DNA of 64,000 nucleotides from Eledone cirrhosa (GCA_964016885.1 OZ024740.1:262570001-262634000), one strand, 5' to 3'; positions 36,528 to 50,847 are shown, counted from the first letter of the stretch. Notes: a model not told the origin generated them from the letters alone. A program made the numbers and translations.

Positions 36528-39283
36528 CTTGAATCTCAGTCATTGATGTTAGTTAACTGGAAAGTCCGTTGGAATGAATATCAAGCCACTACCTGCAGCC
36601 TCAGATATTCAGGACGTATAGGAGGGTTCTTGCTGTTCCCAGCAAACATGCCTTTTGAAGCGTTCCAAAAAGCGCGAAGGGGCCGATTTTCTTTAACCAT
36701 CCCTGGAATCTTTTGGAGATAGTCACCAGTGCGCCTATGACAATCGGGATCACTTTGACTTCATGGCAGTTCTAAATCCTCTTTACCTCCCACTTTAAGT
36801 CCTGGTATCGGTTAATTTTCTCCCTCTCCTTCTCTTGCACTCTAGTGTCGAATGGGCAGGCCACATCCACAATCAGACACGATCTTTTTTCTTTATCCAC
36901 AACCACCAGGTCAGGTCTATTGTGTTCCAGTTTCTTGTCCGTCTGTATCCTAAAATCTCACAGCACCTTCACCTGATCGTTCTCCATCACCGCCTCTGGC
37001 TTATGCTCATACCATTTCTCAGAATGTGGTAAATTGTTTACTTTGCACAGGTGCCAGTGGATCACCCTGCCCATCACATCATGTCTCCAGCCCTTATAGT
37101 GGGTCTGGGCTAGGTGTTTACACTCGGATACAATGTGAGCCACAGTCTCCTCTCTCTCTCCACAGATCCTGCACAGTGGGCTAGCCTCCTCCTTTTAAAT
37201 ATGGTGTTTCAACCACTTCGTTTTGAGGGCCTGCCCTGCGCAGCCATTAACATTCCTTCCGTAGCCTTTTTAAGGTCTCCTCTTCTCAACCAGTTCTATG
37301 TCTGTGGATCTCTGTGGATTTCTCAAAGAAGGTGCTATGAAAGGATTTTTTCTGAAGGCTGCTCTTTCTCCTTGATGTTATTTCCTCCTTGGACATCCCC
37401 TGGCCTATTGTCCCCGCCTTCAGTACAGTTCTGAGCATTGGCTCCTTACTATCAGTCACGTATTTGTGTAGGTTGTTTTTCTCCATCTGAACACAGTCCT
37501 CTATGCTGATAAGACCTCTTCCACCCTCAGATCTCCTTAGGTAGAGTCTATCGACATCGCTCCTCTTGTGGAACATGTTGTAGATAGTCAATAGCTTCCT
37601 AGTCTTCCTATCCATTTCTTTTTGTTCAGCAACATTCCATATCAGAATTCCCGCACTGTACCTAATAATAGACACAGCTCGGGAATTTACTGCGCTTATG
37701 GCATTTCTGCTGTTCAGATGTGGCTTCAATACGCTCCTTACTCTCCGAATGTATTCAGTTCTTAACAATTCCTTCATTTTTTTGTTCTTAATGCCATCAG
37801 CCTCCAGAACGCCCAAATACTTGTATCCTTCCCCAGAGTCAATTTCCTTTATCATCTCACCTGTTGGTATCTGGATTCCGTTACTTCTGCTCAACCTACC
37901 CCTCCTCATCACAATGACTCCACACTTACTAATACCAAACTGCATACATATATCACTGCTGAAAATACGGACAGTGTCAACATGCACATTCAACTCCTTC
38001 TCACTCTTCCCGAAGAGCTTAAGATCGTCCATGAAGAGGAGGTGATTGATGGTAAGCCCTCCCTTTCCCAACCTGTATCCTGCTCTCACTTTTCGCAGTA
38101 CACTGGTCAGGGGCATCAGGGCAAGGACAAACAACAGAGGGGACAGGCTATCTCCCTGGAAGATACCTCTCTTGATCTTCACGCTTCCCAAGGATTCTCC
38201 AGTTGATTTCAACTCTGTTTCCCAGGACCTCATACTCTTGCTCAACAACTGTCAGATGTTATCTGCCACCTTGAAGATCTCCAGGCTTTTGGTGATCCAA
38301 GAATGAGGCACCATGTCAAATGCCTTTCTGTAGTCTATCCATCCCATGGCAAGATCAGTGTGTCTCCTCCTGCAATTCCCCATTACCATCTTATCAATAA
38401 GTAACTGGTCCTTTGTACCACGTGACTTCTTTCGGCATCCTTTCTGTTCGTCTGATAACAAGTTGTTTGTGTGGAGGTGATGGTAGATTTCCTCAGACAC
38501 AACGCTCGTCAACAGTTTCCACATTACGGACAGACATGTGATAGGTCTATAGTTGGTAACATCATTACCCTTGATTCGGTCTTTAATTTCAGAACTGTGG
38601 TACCTTTTGTCAACCACTCTGGTACCTCACCTGACATCAAGCAGTCATTGAACATGGTTGTCAGTTTCGGGTGGAGGGATGTTATATTTTTAATTCAATA
38701 CCCCTGCACACCATCTGGGCCTGGTGATTTCCAGTTGGTTAGTTTTTTGGCCTGCCCCTTAAGAGTTTCAACTGTGATACTCAAATCAGTTTGTTGGTGT
38801 GCCTGCTCACCGATCTCCCTCTGTACTGTCTCAATCCACACTGCCTGGTCATTATGTCTAACATCCTGCTCCCATATTCCTCTCCAGAATGTTTTAGTTT
38901 GTTCCGCCTCAGGGATCAAGTCGTTGCCTCTTTCTTTCCCCTCAAGCTGTCCAAACAGCATCTTCTGGTTGTTATCGAACATGCGGTTCTGTTTATACTG
39001 ACTGACTCTGTTCTCGTATCGCCTGATTTTTGCACTCTTTGCTACAATGCGTTGCTTCAGTTCCTCTATGATAATATTTAGCTTTTTTCTCCTAGTTTTG
39101 TACTTTATTTCCAGTCTATTTTTAGTGTCTATGTTTTTTAGTGTCCCATTCAGTAGTGACTCAAGCTTTCCAATGTCATTTCTCATTTCCCTGATTTGAC
39201 CACTCAGTCGTTTCTTCAACCAAGGCTCAGCTCTTTCTTGTCTGTTGTTTCCTCTCGCTTTTATACCAAGTAGTTTCCTCACC
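36527..39283 (-). mobile_element. R4/Dong-like element, 5'-truncated (~2.75 kb), few disruptions
   Basis: [26 protein letters not shown] and LFMDDLK (RT), plus RLE domain; TAT tracts on both sides. Confidence 0.94.
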
Positions 39284-40070
39284 GTATTTGCTTATTATTA
39301 TTATTATTATTATTATCATTAATCTTATTATTATTGTTGTTTTCATTTATGTTGTTCTCCTATGGAACTATAAATACTAGTCCGCCGTATCATGTACACA
39401 GATCAGTATTCTGACGATTTGGTTGGGTATCGACTGTAATTAAAGTCAAGTGACGCGACTTTTAGCGATCAGCGACTTTTAGACACCACGGACTATAGAA
39501 ACAATTGTTAACACTTTAAATAAACTCTATTGTACAGCCGTTCATGTTATCCCTCATTCTTTTACGATATATATATATATATATGCGTGTGTGTGTGTGT
39601 GTGTGTGTGCGTGTGTTTGTTTGTTTGTTCCTCGGTAGTTATTAAGTTGAAATATTTATTTGTTTTACTAGATATATACTCACAATATGTGACAGTGTTT
39701 TGTTCGAATATGTACAGTATCTCACTCATGAATCAGCGTTTAGCAAACATAAGATGAAGGCATCCTATCTATAATTTTTGCCAAGAATAGGGATACATTT
39801 CGAATTCAATTTTCTTAGGGTAAAATTATAACATGAAATATATTATACTTAATACAATTGTAAACCACAAGTCGGGATGGAAGTTCAACGGAACTACTTA
39901 TCGCTGAAACATTATTTTAATTGCACCTGATTCAAACGTTATTTAACAGACACACACACACTGAGACACACGCTGACACACACACAGAGACACACAGACG
40001 CACGCAAATACACACACAGGGACACCATACTCAATCACACAAACATATACACGTACGCACACTCACAGAT

Positions 40071-40111
<41 letters not shown>

Positions 40112-40114
40112 CAT

Positions 40115-40194
<80 letters not shown>

Positions 40195-41985
40195 TGTACT
40201 TAGTAACGCACCAAAATCTCATCTCTTTACGCATATAAGAGACAAACCATTTCGTCCGAATTTTCCCAAAACTTTCGTGATAAGAGTTTCCGAAATTTTC
40301 GAGGTGGTTTCTTATGCTTTGAGGTAGATTGAAGTGAAAGTTTCAAATGCCAGCAGTAATAAGAATATCTGTCCTTCCTTCTATCTTGACATGAAAACTA
40401 TGTGAAGAAAAAAAAAATTCTTTCCACTTAGACAATAGTTATTGGTTTTCAGCCTCTAGGAAAAATGGTATCTCTTGCATACAGATGTAAAAATCTACCC
40501 GAAGGGGATCCTGGTAACAGAGATTCCTTCCTGTGCAAAATGGCTTTGTATGCATGAAAAGGAAATTGCCCTTATGCACAGCAGAGGCTGCAGATTTGCC
40601 CTTAGCTGAATGGTGGCACAAGCGTAAAGATAAAACGAGGCCTGTAGGCATATTTCTTATTGAAGTCGCACTTACAGTAAATCACTTCATGAATATAAGG
40701 AAGAAGTTGTCAAGCAGATAATGGCAGTCACCGTCTTATGCCCAGGGATAAATAATTCTCCAAATGTCAAGATAAAATTTTGCCTGTAGTCTTGATAACA
40801 ATCGTGGCCTGTCTCCATCAAATGGCATCTTTGAATATGAGAATAGGTTACAAAATATTTGATGACATAAAAACGACTACAATCTAATAACAGACACTTA
40901 CTAGGTTACAGGGGACAAGGTGCAGATTTGATGTAAAATAATTTTTTGCGTATTGAAGAAAAATCTCAAATAATTAAATAAGAATCAACGTTTCTATCGG
41001 ATATTACGTAAGATGACATAAAATATCTAATCTCATTCGGTATTTTATTTGTTTAATTTTCAGGTGATTTTCTAGCTTTTCTTTACATTAGATGTTTCAG
41101 ATTATATACATATTTAGATTCAGGCATTATATATAAATTATTAAAAATATTGCTAAATGAGTTATTGCTTTTCGGAATATCATATTTAACGTATGTAATC
41201 TTATATTCTCATTTGAACTTCTAACAAAATACACTATAGAGCATTGCATATGAAGTCAGTGAGAATGATTACTTATAAATAATTTCATGATATTGGTGAA
41301 GTAAAGGTCTCAGTCGAGTGTGTGAGATACTAAAATGAAAGCAAAATATATTAAAAGTAAAACTAAAATTGCCAACTATCTACAAGCTTTAAAATACTTC
41401 AATATTATATGATATTTTTATCCATCGAGGAGCAGTATATCTATAAGTTTAGAAAGTTAGGCAAGCTTCTAAGAGCTTGGCATATCGAGGTCGGTGGATA
41501 TATTCAATAATCTGCAATAAAGATAATTTAAGAATCAAGTGGTAACAAAGAACCATCTACGTCTCCGTTACACATACTAGAATTTGTAACTAAATCTCCT
41601 TCAAATCCACCCTATTTAAACCTGCCCGGTCAACAACAGGAATAGAAAAAGAAGGATGAGGACCAAACAAAAACAACATCAACCACATACTATTCGAGAC
41701 TACAAAGAAGCATCTACACATTTTCTTGAAGTGTTGTATAGAACGGCCAAATCAACAACAAATTATTACTTATCACCGTGATAAAAAGAAAAGCATATAA
41801 AGTAATGTAGCATCAAACATATAAAACAATAGGATGGCAAGATCAGGAAAGCCTTTGGTCATAAGTCTGATGTTGAAACAGGGCTGACCTTGGAAATAAA
41901 CAACAATAGTAACGTAAGGTATTGGTTGGGCTTAGAAGAAAGAAAGTTTGATCTAATTAATAGTGAGATGAAATGAATGTTAGAT

Positions 41986-41988
<3 letters not shown>

Positions 41989-42063
<75 letters not shown>
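41989..42063. repeat. (GA)n microsatellite
   Basis: Direct reading. Confidence 0.95.
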
Positions 42064-42065
<2 letters not shown>

Positions 42066-42293
42066 AAGACGATGGGGAGCTGAAATGAAAGAAAAGAGAG
42101 TATGAGTGAAAAGTGAGAAGAAACGAGAGTGGGGGATATACTACTGGTAGAGTTAGGGCAGTTGAAGTTGAAATTTTAAGGTAAAAGTCATGTAGATATA
42201 ACAAAGTTCCCATTCATTCATATATATAAAATAGTATTATCGGGCTGTTCACAAAATTGCCTACGAACCTTAGTGTCTGGCGTCTCTCGTTCT

Positions 42294-42388
<95 letters not shown>

Positions 42389-42435
42389 ATATATAATAAT
42401 GATTTATTTATTTTAATAATAATAATAATAATAAT

Positions 42436-45400
42436 GATTTCTTTATTGGCCACAAGGGCTGACATCAAGAAAAACATTACAGACGGCACAGTACGGTACA
42501 GGACAGTACGATGTGGGTTTTGTGCGTGTAAATATTTTTATTATTTATATAAGAAAAGCAGTGGGCAGAGGGCAGTGAGCGCCTGGAGACATTCCAGTTT
42601 CCAAGCGCTATTCCTCGGTCTTTTCCTGACCCAGGACTGCAGCTCCGTCAATGAGACGAGCTGTGGGAAAACGTGCCTGGTGAACGGCGACCACACCCTG
42701 TTCACCGTCAAGGAGGCACCAGAGATGTCGCAGCCTCGGCGCATGTTTGCGCTTCATCAGCCATGGCATGCCCTGTCCTCCACGCAACGGGTGTTGACAG
42801 CAGATGGATCGTCTGACCATGGGAGCGCGTCCCTTCCACAAAAAGCGGAAGAGGACGCGCTCCATTTTCTTGAGAGTTGGGCCGGGACAAGGGACGACGG
42901 TGAGGCGGTAGCAGATGACGGATGCGATGTACGCATTCGCCACCTCCGCTCGACCTTTCAGGGATAGCTTCCTCTCTGCCCATTTCTGGGTGAGAGAAGC
43001 CACTCTGTTCGTTACCTCGCTCCAGTTTATCTCCATCTGGAGGTCTGGTCCGAACCAGACCCCGAGCAATTTAACCGGTCCGCCCGTCCAACGCCCCACG
43101 ACGCTGTAGGAGGGCATGGACTTGCCTCTCCAGGTGCCGAGCTGCAAGCCCACCGACTTTTACTGGTTTATCTTTGCTCCTGTCACTGCTTCGTGTTCCT
43201 TGAGAGCGATGCCGAGCATCTGGACGTTTCTGGTGCTCGACACCTGAAGTTATCAATAACATCCCCTTTGTTCGGGTCTTATCTCAGCTGCGCCACCGCT
43301 CCCCGGCTCACAAAACTGGGAATGCTCCAGTTCTGCTGCCAGTTGCAGTAGACGTCTGCCAAGAGGTCACCGAACAAGTCTGTCATAAATGCATAAAGCT
43401 CGTAGGGCAGACCATCCAAACCTGGCGATTTACACCTCGTGTAGTTAGCTATCGCTTCCCGTATTTCACCGGCTGTTATTGGATTTTGCAACACTGTCCT
43501 GCGGTTGGCGAGAGCCGCGGCAGTCCGTCGAGGTATACACTGAAGTCCATAACCCGATCCGGCCCACCGCTGCTACCGAACAGGTCAGCAAAGTGCTGCT
43601 GAAAAGCTTCACCATCTGCTCGGGTTCGAGCAACACGCGCCAGTTTTGGTCAGATAAAGACCGAATTGTGGCTTTGTTGCCACGTCGCCCCTCTGCTACC
43701 CGGGCCCATTGGACCGCTTTTGTAACCTCGTGTTTCAGAGCTCGTGCTCTCGCTCTGACAACGCAGCCTTCGTGTTTTGCGTTGAAGAATTGGTGGAGTG
43801 CCAATCTCGCCGCAAGCACGATGCGTGTCCCAAACGCCAATTCTAGCTTTCTACTAGCTCTCCCTCTACTATATTTTCCTCTATCACTAGTCCTTTGTTA
43901 AACCTAATCGACTCACTTTAATTGGCCTTTTCAGGGCGAATCACCACCTGTTGTTGACGACCGCTCCCGTCAACGCCCGCTTAACTAATACGCTACTCCG
44001 GTCTGTGTAGACTTTGCGCGCCGGGAAAGCCGCGTTCAGCTTCCGGTAACCGTTCCTTGTCTATGAAGTCTGTCTATGCCGATCTTACAGATCACAAATT
44101 TGTGGTCTGTGTAGTCGACTATTTTAAATTGGGGACAACTTATACTAGCCTTGTCTAGTTCTCTGCAGAATGCCCTATCGAGATACTATCTGGATGACAC
44201 GATGCGGTTTGTCCATGTCCACGTTGGCACATTAGGGTGATCCAGTCGATACCTGTCAGACAGTTCAAAACGTCTGAGCAGGTTGGTGAGGCTCTTTCAC
44301 CCTCCTCCCCCTATCCACTAGCCCCACACAATCCCAGCGTGCATCCAAGATATCGTTCCAGTCGCCCACTAACACTAAATAGCGGGACGTTCCAAGAAAG
44401 GTCTCTAGACATCTGAAGAAATCTGGCCGTCCTGTCCCTGTCGGGGCATAGACGGCTACTAGCCTGAACGCGTTGCCTTCGGTGCCGCTTACGTTCAGCA
44501 CCACCGACTTCCCTTCTGGGTCCAGGAAGATAGTCTGTATGGCGAGACCCAAGCCTTTCCGAAACAACACAGCCACTCCGCCCCCCTCCCCCGGACGGCT
44601 CGGAGATGCGTACACCTCGTAACCGTCGAAGATCGATGCCAAAGCTTGCGTTTCGGAGATTCTCGTCTCGCTGATGGCCACCACATTTATGTTTAGTGAC
44701 CTGAGGTCGTTAAGCAAGTGACCCTGCTTCCAAACCGAGCTCAAGCCACGCACGTTTACACTTCCGATCCTGAATACGGCCATGTTGTGTGAGGAACGGG
44801 GCAAGTGAGAAAGGATCACTTACCTTGATCGTCTGGTGGAGGGACCGTTGAATCGTCCCTTCGGCTGGTCGTCGGCTCTTCTGTGAGTATATCCGAGTAT
44901 ACTCTCCCGTTGAGTGTCCCTCCTAGGTCTCTGAAATCACCAACTGCGTTGGGGAATTTTAATGTTTTTGTATTGTTTCTGTGATATTCTTACCAGTCTT
45001 ATGTTCGTTGGTGTTTTGATTGGTGCTGGTATTATGTAGTCGTGCTGTGAAATGGCTGTGTGTTCAATTATGTAAGTCATTAGTTTCTTGTTGTGTATAT
45101 TTATTGCTGTGCATTTGTTTTTCTGGAGGTGTGGTGTGGTTCTGATATTTTCTTCTCGTTGTTGCTGGGTGTGTGTGTTTGTTGTTGTGTTTGCGATGTT
45201 GGTGCTTGTGGTGGTGTTGTTGAAGGTGTTGTTGTTGTTGGCGGTGGGGTAGCCGCCGGTGGTGATGGTAGTGCTAGTGTAGGTGGTGATGGTGTTGGTG
45301 GTGTTGCTGCTGTAAATCTCTTTGCAGTAACCTTCACCCTTTTTTCATTTCTTCCCTTCCTTTTCGAAGGCGACGATGCGCTGCTTCTGCGTTCGTGCCT

Positions 45401-46539
45401 TCTTGCGACCTTTTGCCATCCCTCTCTCACCTCCCACTCCATGTCCGATCCAGTGAGGTCGGGGAGGGGTACCAGCTCCACCCTTTCACTTGTTCTTGTT
45501 GGTGATGGTTGCAGTGGAGTCTCTGTTGCAGCTGCAGTTGGTATTAATCTTGTTGTTGATACTTCCACTGCTGCTGCTGTTCTTGATTTCCGTGGCGTGG
45601 GTATGGGTGCCTCGGACCTATCCTTCCTGCTTGCCGCCAGTCCTGTTGCTGGTAACAGTGGAGCCGGTTTCGGAATGAGAGGGGTTTTCTCCTTTCTCAG
45701 GGTCTTCTCATTGCAGAAGACCCTGAGTTGAGTCTTCGACCCATAGCGAAAGAATTTCGAGCGTTTGCCCTCAACACTTATGGGAAGATGAGTGCCGTTA
45801 TCGAAGTCTATCACATCCGGGATAGCTTCGATGCACTCCTGGTTGGTTTGTTAATTCAATTCGGCGCCTCCATTAAGATGTTAGTCATCTTAATGGAGGC
45901 GCCGACCCAATCTTCTCGTACTTTATTCTGTACTTGCAGTACAGTTGTTTTGTCCTCTATTCTGACGAGGACAGACGCAGCCAGCCAAGAAGGGGCCATC
46001 CCGGAGGGGGGAGGACTTCGGTCAATTTGACCCTCACAATTTTTTGCCCGCAGTAGGAGGGCACCAACACCATTTTCTCGCTCCTTAGGGTTACTAAGGA
46101 TTGAGCCTTTGCCTCCTGGGGTGTGGCAAAAAGCATGTCCACGGTGGCACATTTCTTGCCTCGGGTGATATACTTTTTCTACCGCCACACAGGCCCTAAG
46201 GCTTTTTGTATTTGAGCCTATGTGGCTCTTTCAACCCTACGTGACTTTGTGCTTACTGTACGTTACGTGACCGTTGGGTTTCGAAAACTTCTTCGGCTGC
46301 CTTGCAGATTGCTCTGTGTCCGGTTTTCGTCACCATCTTCCTTGCTTCCCGTAATTCCGCATTTGTTATAAGGATGGTTTCCAGGTTCTTTGCGATACCT
46401 GAAAAACGAGACTGGTTTTTCTTTCTTGTTGTTGTTGTCGTCAGAGCTGCTGCTACTTTTTTTGTTGCTGCTGGTGCTACGACACCGCCACCACTGTTGC
46501 TGTTGTTGTTGTTGTTGTTGTTGTTGCTGCTGCTTTTGT

Positions 46540-46570
<31 letters not shown>

Positions 46571-48222
46571 TATGCTGCTGCTGCTGATGTTGTTGCGGCT
46601 GCTACTAGTATTTTCCTCGCCACTGTTGCTGCTGCCGTTATTACGGCTGCTGCTGCTATTCTTCCTGAAATGGCTTTCAATGAAATGGCTAGGTCGAGGA
46701 GTGGAAAATCCTGCTCAGGCGTTGGTTTTGGTTGTGGTGTGGTGGATGGTGGAGGCGCTGTTGCTAATTCTGGCGCAGTTTCTTCTGTAGTTGCTGCCAT
46801 TTCTGCTGGTGGTTTTGAGTCACTGGGGTGGGTAGGAGAGGTGGTCTCAACCTTTTAGCCTGGGGGCAGAAAGCCTTTGGGTGGGTTCCTTCGCCACAAA
46901 CGACACACCTTGGCCCTCTACCCTCAACGATTACGGTGAGGTGGCTGCCGCCATTGAGGTCTATCACCTCTGGAATTTACTCTATGTTATTTTGGTCTGC
47001 TTGGATCAGGAGATCCATCCCAGATCCGGACGAGTTTTCCTGCTTTACTTTGTTACTTCAATTACTTTAGTGTTGGCCTCGATGTCGGTGAGGATAGCAG
47101 CCATTAGCCAGGTAATTTCGATGGCCGGTGGAACGTGGGTCACACTGATCTTCACTAGTCTCTGACCGCAATAGCATGGGGCGAGTGTGAACTCGTCACT
47201 TCTTAATGAGGCCATGGAGTGCTCTCTGGCTTCCTCTGGGGTTCCAAAGAACACGTCCACAGTTCCATATATCTTTCCACGTCTGATGTGGGATTTATTC
47301 GCCCACACATTTCCCAAAGCTTTTTTTATTTGGGACTCGGATGCCCGTTCTACTCGGAGTGATTTTGTGTTTATCCTCCGATATGACACGGTGCAAAGGC
47401 GCCAATGCTCCATTTTATTTGATGGGGGGGGGGGGCTGATCCCTGAAACCCATCTTTTTTTACCATCCGCTTGGCTTCATTCAATTCTTCCCGGCTTACC
47501 TCGATTGTTTCGCTTTTACTTGACTGCATTGGCGAAGACGCATTTTGTTTTTCGCTGCTGTTATTGTTGCTGTTGTTGTTATTATTCTCATTGTTGCTGT
47601 TGTTGTTATTGTTATTTTTGTTATTGTTATTTTTAGTTTCAGTTGTGGTGGTGGTGGTGGTGGTGGTGGTGGTGGTGGTGGTGGTGGTGGTTGTGTGAGT
47701 GGTGTTCGGCGTGGAACAGTCGATTCTGGGTGAATCCATTTCGATGTCACGAGATAATAATTTATTTTTTGTTTCTATTGTCGCTGTGGTGGTATCAGTG
47801 GTGTTGGTTGTTCTTTTTGACATTGTGGCGGTGCGGCTTTAACACCTGTAGTTATTGGTAATGGAGGGAAATCCATGTCTTTATGCGGTAAATCTATATA
47901 ATTGAGACTGCTATTAATTATATTTTCAGTGTTAGCAACCGTGGCAAGGTTTACAATGGTGGTGGTGGTGGGGGATGTTAGTCTGTTAAAAAAGGAGATT
48001 TGTCGTCCATGTTTTTTTTTTCACCGAAATATTTTGTTTGATAAATAAAAAGTTTAAATTTTGGGCTCAAGACCCCAATATTATTGAGTGACCTTTTCAG
48101 AAAGCAATATACGTGAATTTATAAACACTTAACAACAAAATTTTCCAGAACTGGCAATTTGAAACAACTGGTAACAAACCTTTGTGGAGCTCACGATAAT
48201 ACGATTTCCTACGTAGGTCGCC
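42436..48222 (-). mobile_element. Tx1 LINE copy E, chimeric (type-2 5'UTR/ORF1, then type-3 ORF1, then a divergent deleted ORF2)
   Basis: 5' end GGCGACCTACGTAGG at 48222; two ORF1 homologies in tandem; ORF2 ATG at 44783; 3' AATAAAGAAATC followed by (ATT)n. Confidence 0.92.
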
Positions 48223-48234
48223 AATAATAATAAC

Positions 48235-48274
<40 letters not shown>

Positions 48275-48277
<3 letters not shown>

Positions 48278-48682
48278 CTGGAACACAATAGACCTGACCT
48301 GGTGGTTGTGGACAAAGAAAAAAGATCGTGCCTGATTGTGGATGTGGCCTGCCCGTTCGACACGAGAGTGCAAGAGAAGGAGAGGGAGAAAATTAACCGA
48401 TACCAGGACCTAAAGTGGGAGGTGAAAAGGATTTGGAACTGCCGTGAAGTCAAAGTGATCCCGATTGTCATAGGCGCACTGGGGACTATCTCCAAAGGTT
48501 TCCAGGGATGGTTAAAGAAAATCGGCCCCTTCACGCTTTTTGGAACGCTTCAAAAGGCATGCTTGCTTGGAACGGCAAGAACCCTCCGATACGTCCTGAA
48601 TATCTGAGGCTGCAGGTAGTGGCTTGATATTCAATCCAACGGACTTTCCAGTTAACCAACATCAATGACTGAGATTCAAGGA
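48275..48682 (+). mobile_element. R4/Dong-like 3' fragment (family a)
   Basis: ORF 48302..48607 encodes the RLE C-terminus; (AAT)n on both sides. Confidence 0.92.
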
Positions 48683-48719
48683 ATAACAATAACAATAATA
48701 ATAATAATAATAATAATAA

Positions 48720-48974
48720 GGGTCTATTGATTACTTATCGCAAATCCCAGGAAACCCGTGTATAGGAGAAATACAAATGATAGTACTAATGGGAACTGCC
48801 CATATACTAAGGAAGATTCTGTCAATATAAGTACATCACAAGTCTAAACACTAAAGATGCATGTGTGAGTATGTATGTTCTTTCTTGAACATGGCGGACC
48901 TTGTTGTCTCTTGAGGTCACTGGTTGTGACTTGGTGATAACTCTTATGAACATAAAGCAAGATAAATGCAACTG
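48720..48974 (+). mobile_element. RLE 3' fragment (family b)
   Basis: Reverse complement of about 5562-5818; ends in (TAA)n. Confidence 0.85.
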
Positions 48975-48990
48975 TAATAATAATAATAAT

Positions 48991-50627
48991 GTTAAGTCTG
49001 TCTCCCAGGACTTCATACTTTTGCTCAACAACTGTCTGATGTTATCTGCCACCTTTTGGTTATCAAGAATGAGGTACTATGTCGAATGCCTTTTTGTAAT
49101 CTATCCATCCCATGGCAAGACCAGTGTGTCTCCTCCTGCAATTCCTCATTACCATCTTATCAATAAGTAACTGGTCTTTTGTACCACGGAACTTCTTTCG
49201 GCATCCTTTCTGTTCGTCCGGTAACAAGTTGTTTATGTGGAGGTGATACTAGATTTCCTCAGACAATGCTTGTTAACAGTTTCCACATTACGGACAGACA
49301 TGTGATAGGTCTATATTTGGTAACATGATTACCCTTGATTCGGTCTTTGAGGGAGATGACACCAAGAACAAAAATATGAAGGAATCGATAAGATCTGAGT
49401 ACATTAGGAGAGTAAGGAGCGTATTAAAATCGCATCTAAATAGTAGGAATGTCATAAGTGCAGTGAATTCCCGAGGTGTGTCTATTATTAGGTACAGTGC
49501 GTGAATTCTGATATGGAATATTGCTGAACAAATAGAAATGGATAGGAAGACTAGGAAGCTATTGACTATCTACAACATCTTCCACAAGAGGAGTGATGTC
49601 GATAGACTATACTTAAAGAGATCTGAAGGTGGAAGAGGTCTTATCAGCATAAGAGGTCTGTGTTCAGATGGAGAAAAACAACCTACACAAATACGTGACC
49701 GATAGTAAGGAGCCAATGCTCAAAATTGTACTGAAAGAGAGGATAATAGACCAGGGGATGTCCAAGGAGGATATAACAACATGGAGGAAGAGTAACCTTC
49801 ATGAAAAATCCCTTCATAGTACCTTCTTTAAGAAAACGGAATTTAGAGATCCACAGACATGGAACTGGTTAAAAAGAGGAGACCTTAAAAGGGCTACAGA
49901 AGGAATGCTAATGGCTGCACAAGAGCAGGCCCTCAAAACGAAGTGGGTGAAACATCATATTTACAAGGAGCAGGCTAGCCCACTGTGTAGGATCTGTGGA
50001 GAGATAGAGAGGAGGTTGTGGCTCACATTATATCCGAGTGTAAACACCTAGCCCAGACTCACTATAAAGGCTAGAGTCATGTGATGGGCAGGGTGATCCA
50101 CTGGCACCTATGCAAAGTAAACAATTTACCACATTCTGTGAAGTGGTATGAACATAAGCCAAAGTCGGTGATAGAAAACGATCAGGTGAAGGTGCTGTGG
50201 GATTTTAGGATACGGACGGACAAGAAATTAGAACACAATAGGCCTGACCTGGTGGTTTTGGACAAGGAAAACAGATCGTGCCTGATTCTAGATGTAGCCT
50301 GCCCATTTGACACGAGAGTGCAAGAAAAGGAGAGTGTGAAAATTAACCGATACCAGGACTTAAAGTGGGAGATAAAAAGGATTTGGAACTGCATGAACTC
50401 AGAGTCCCGGTTGTCATAGGCACACTAGGTACTATCTGAAAGAGTTTCCAATGATGGTTAAAGAAAATTAGTCCAGCCCCGCTTTTTGGAACACTTCAAA
50501 AGGAATGCTTGCTGAGAACAGCAAGAACCCTTCGATACGTCCTGAATATCTGAGGCTACAGGTAGTGATTGATATTCATCTCAACAAACTTTCCAGTTAA
50601 ATAACATCAATGACTGAGACTCAAAGA
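48991..50627 (+). mobile_element. R4/Dong-like element with an inverted 5' segment (48991-49348 on minus)
   Basis: An inverted RT-region piece is joined to a sense 3' portion ending in (AAT)n. Confidence 0.85.
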
Positions 50628-50662
50628 ACAATAATAATAACAACAATAATAATAATAATAAT

Positions 50663-50847
50663 TGTTTCTACTTTTAGGCACAAGGCCAGCAATTACCCAG
50701 TGCATTACTGGTACTTTATTTTATCGACCCCGTAAGGATGAAAGGCAATGTCAACCTCGGCGGGATTTGAACTCCGATCGTAAAGGGACGTAACTATGCT
50801 GGAAAGCATGGCGTCCGACCCTCTACCGATACTGCCAATCCACCGCC
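50663..50847 (-). mobile_element. tRNA-derived SINE
   Basis: Reverse complement of the 4811-5000 family; a short internal piece is duplicated at ~50847-50876. Confidence 0.9.

Noticed and set aside
40455-40560. Possible host terminal exon (TTTTCAG acceptor; PLGKMVSLAYRCKNLPEGDPGNRDSFLCKMALYA*)
   Set aside because: Short, no recognisable homology and no partner exons; needs RNA-seq.
39530-42490. ORFs with YI/HT/CV/poly-I runs here and elsewhere (e.g. 10746, 11524, 54038, 55276)
   Set aside because: Translations of stop-free microsatellites.
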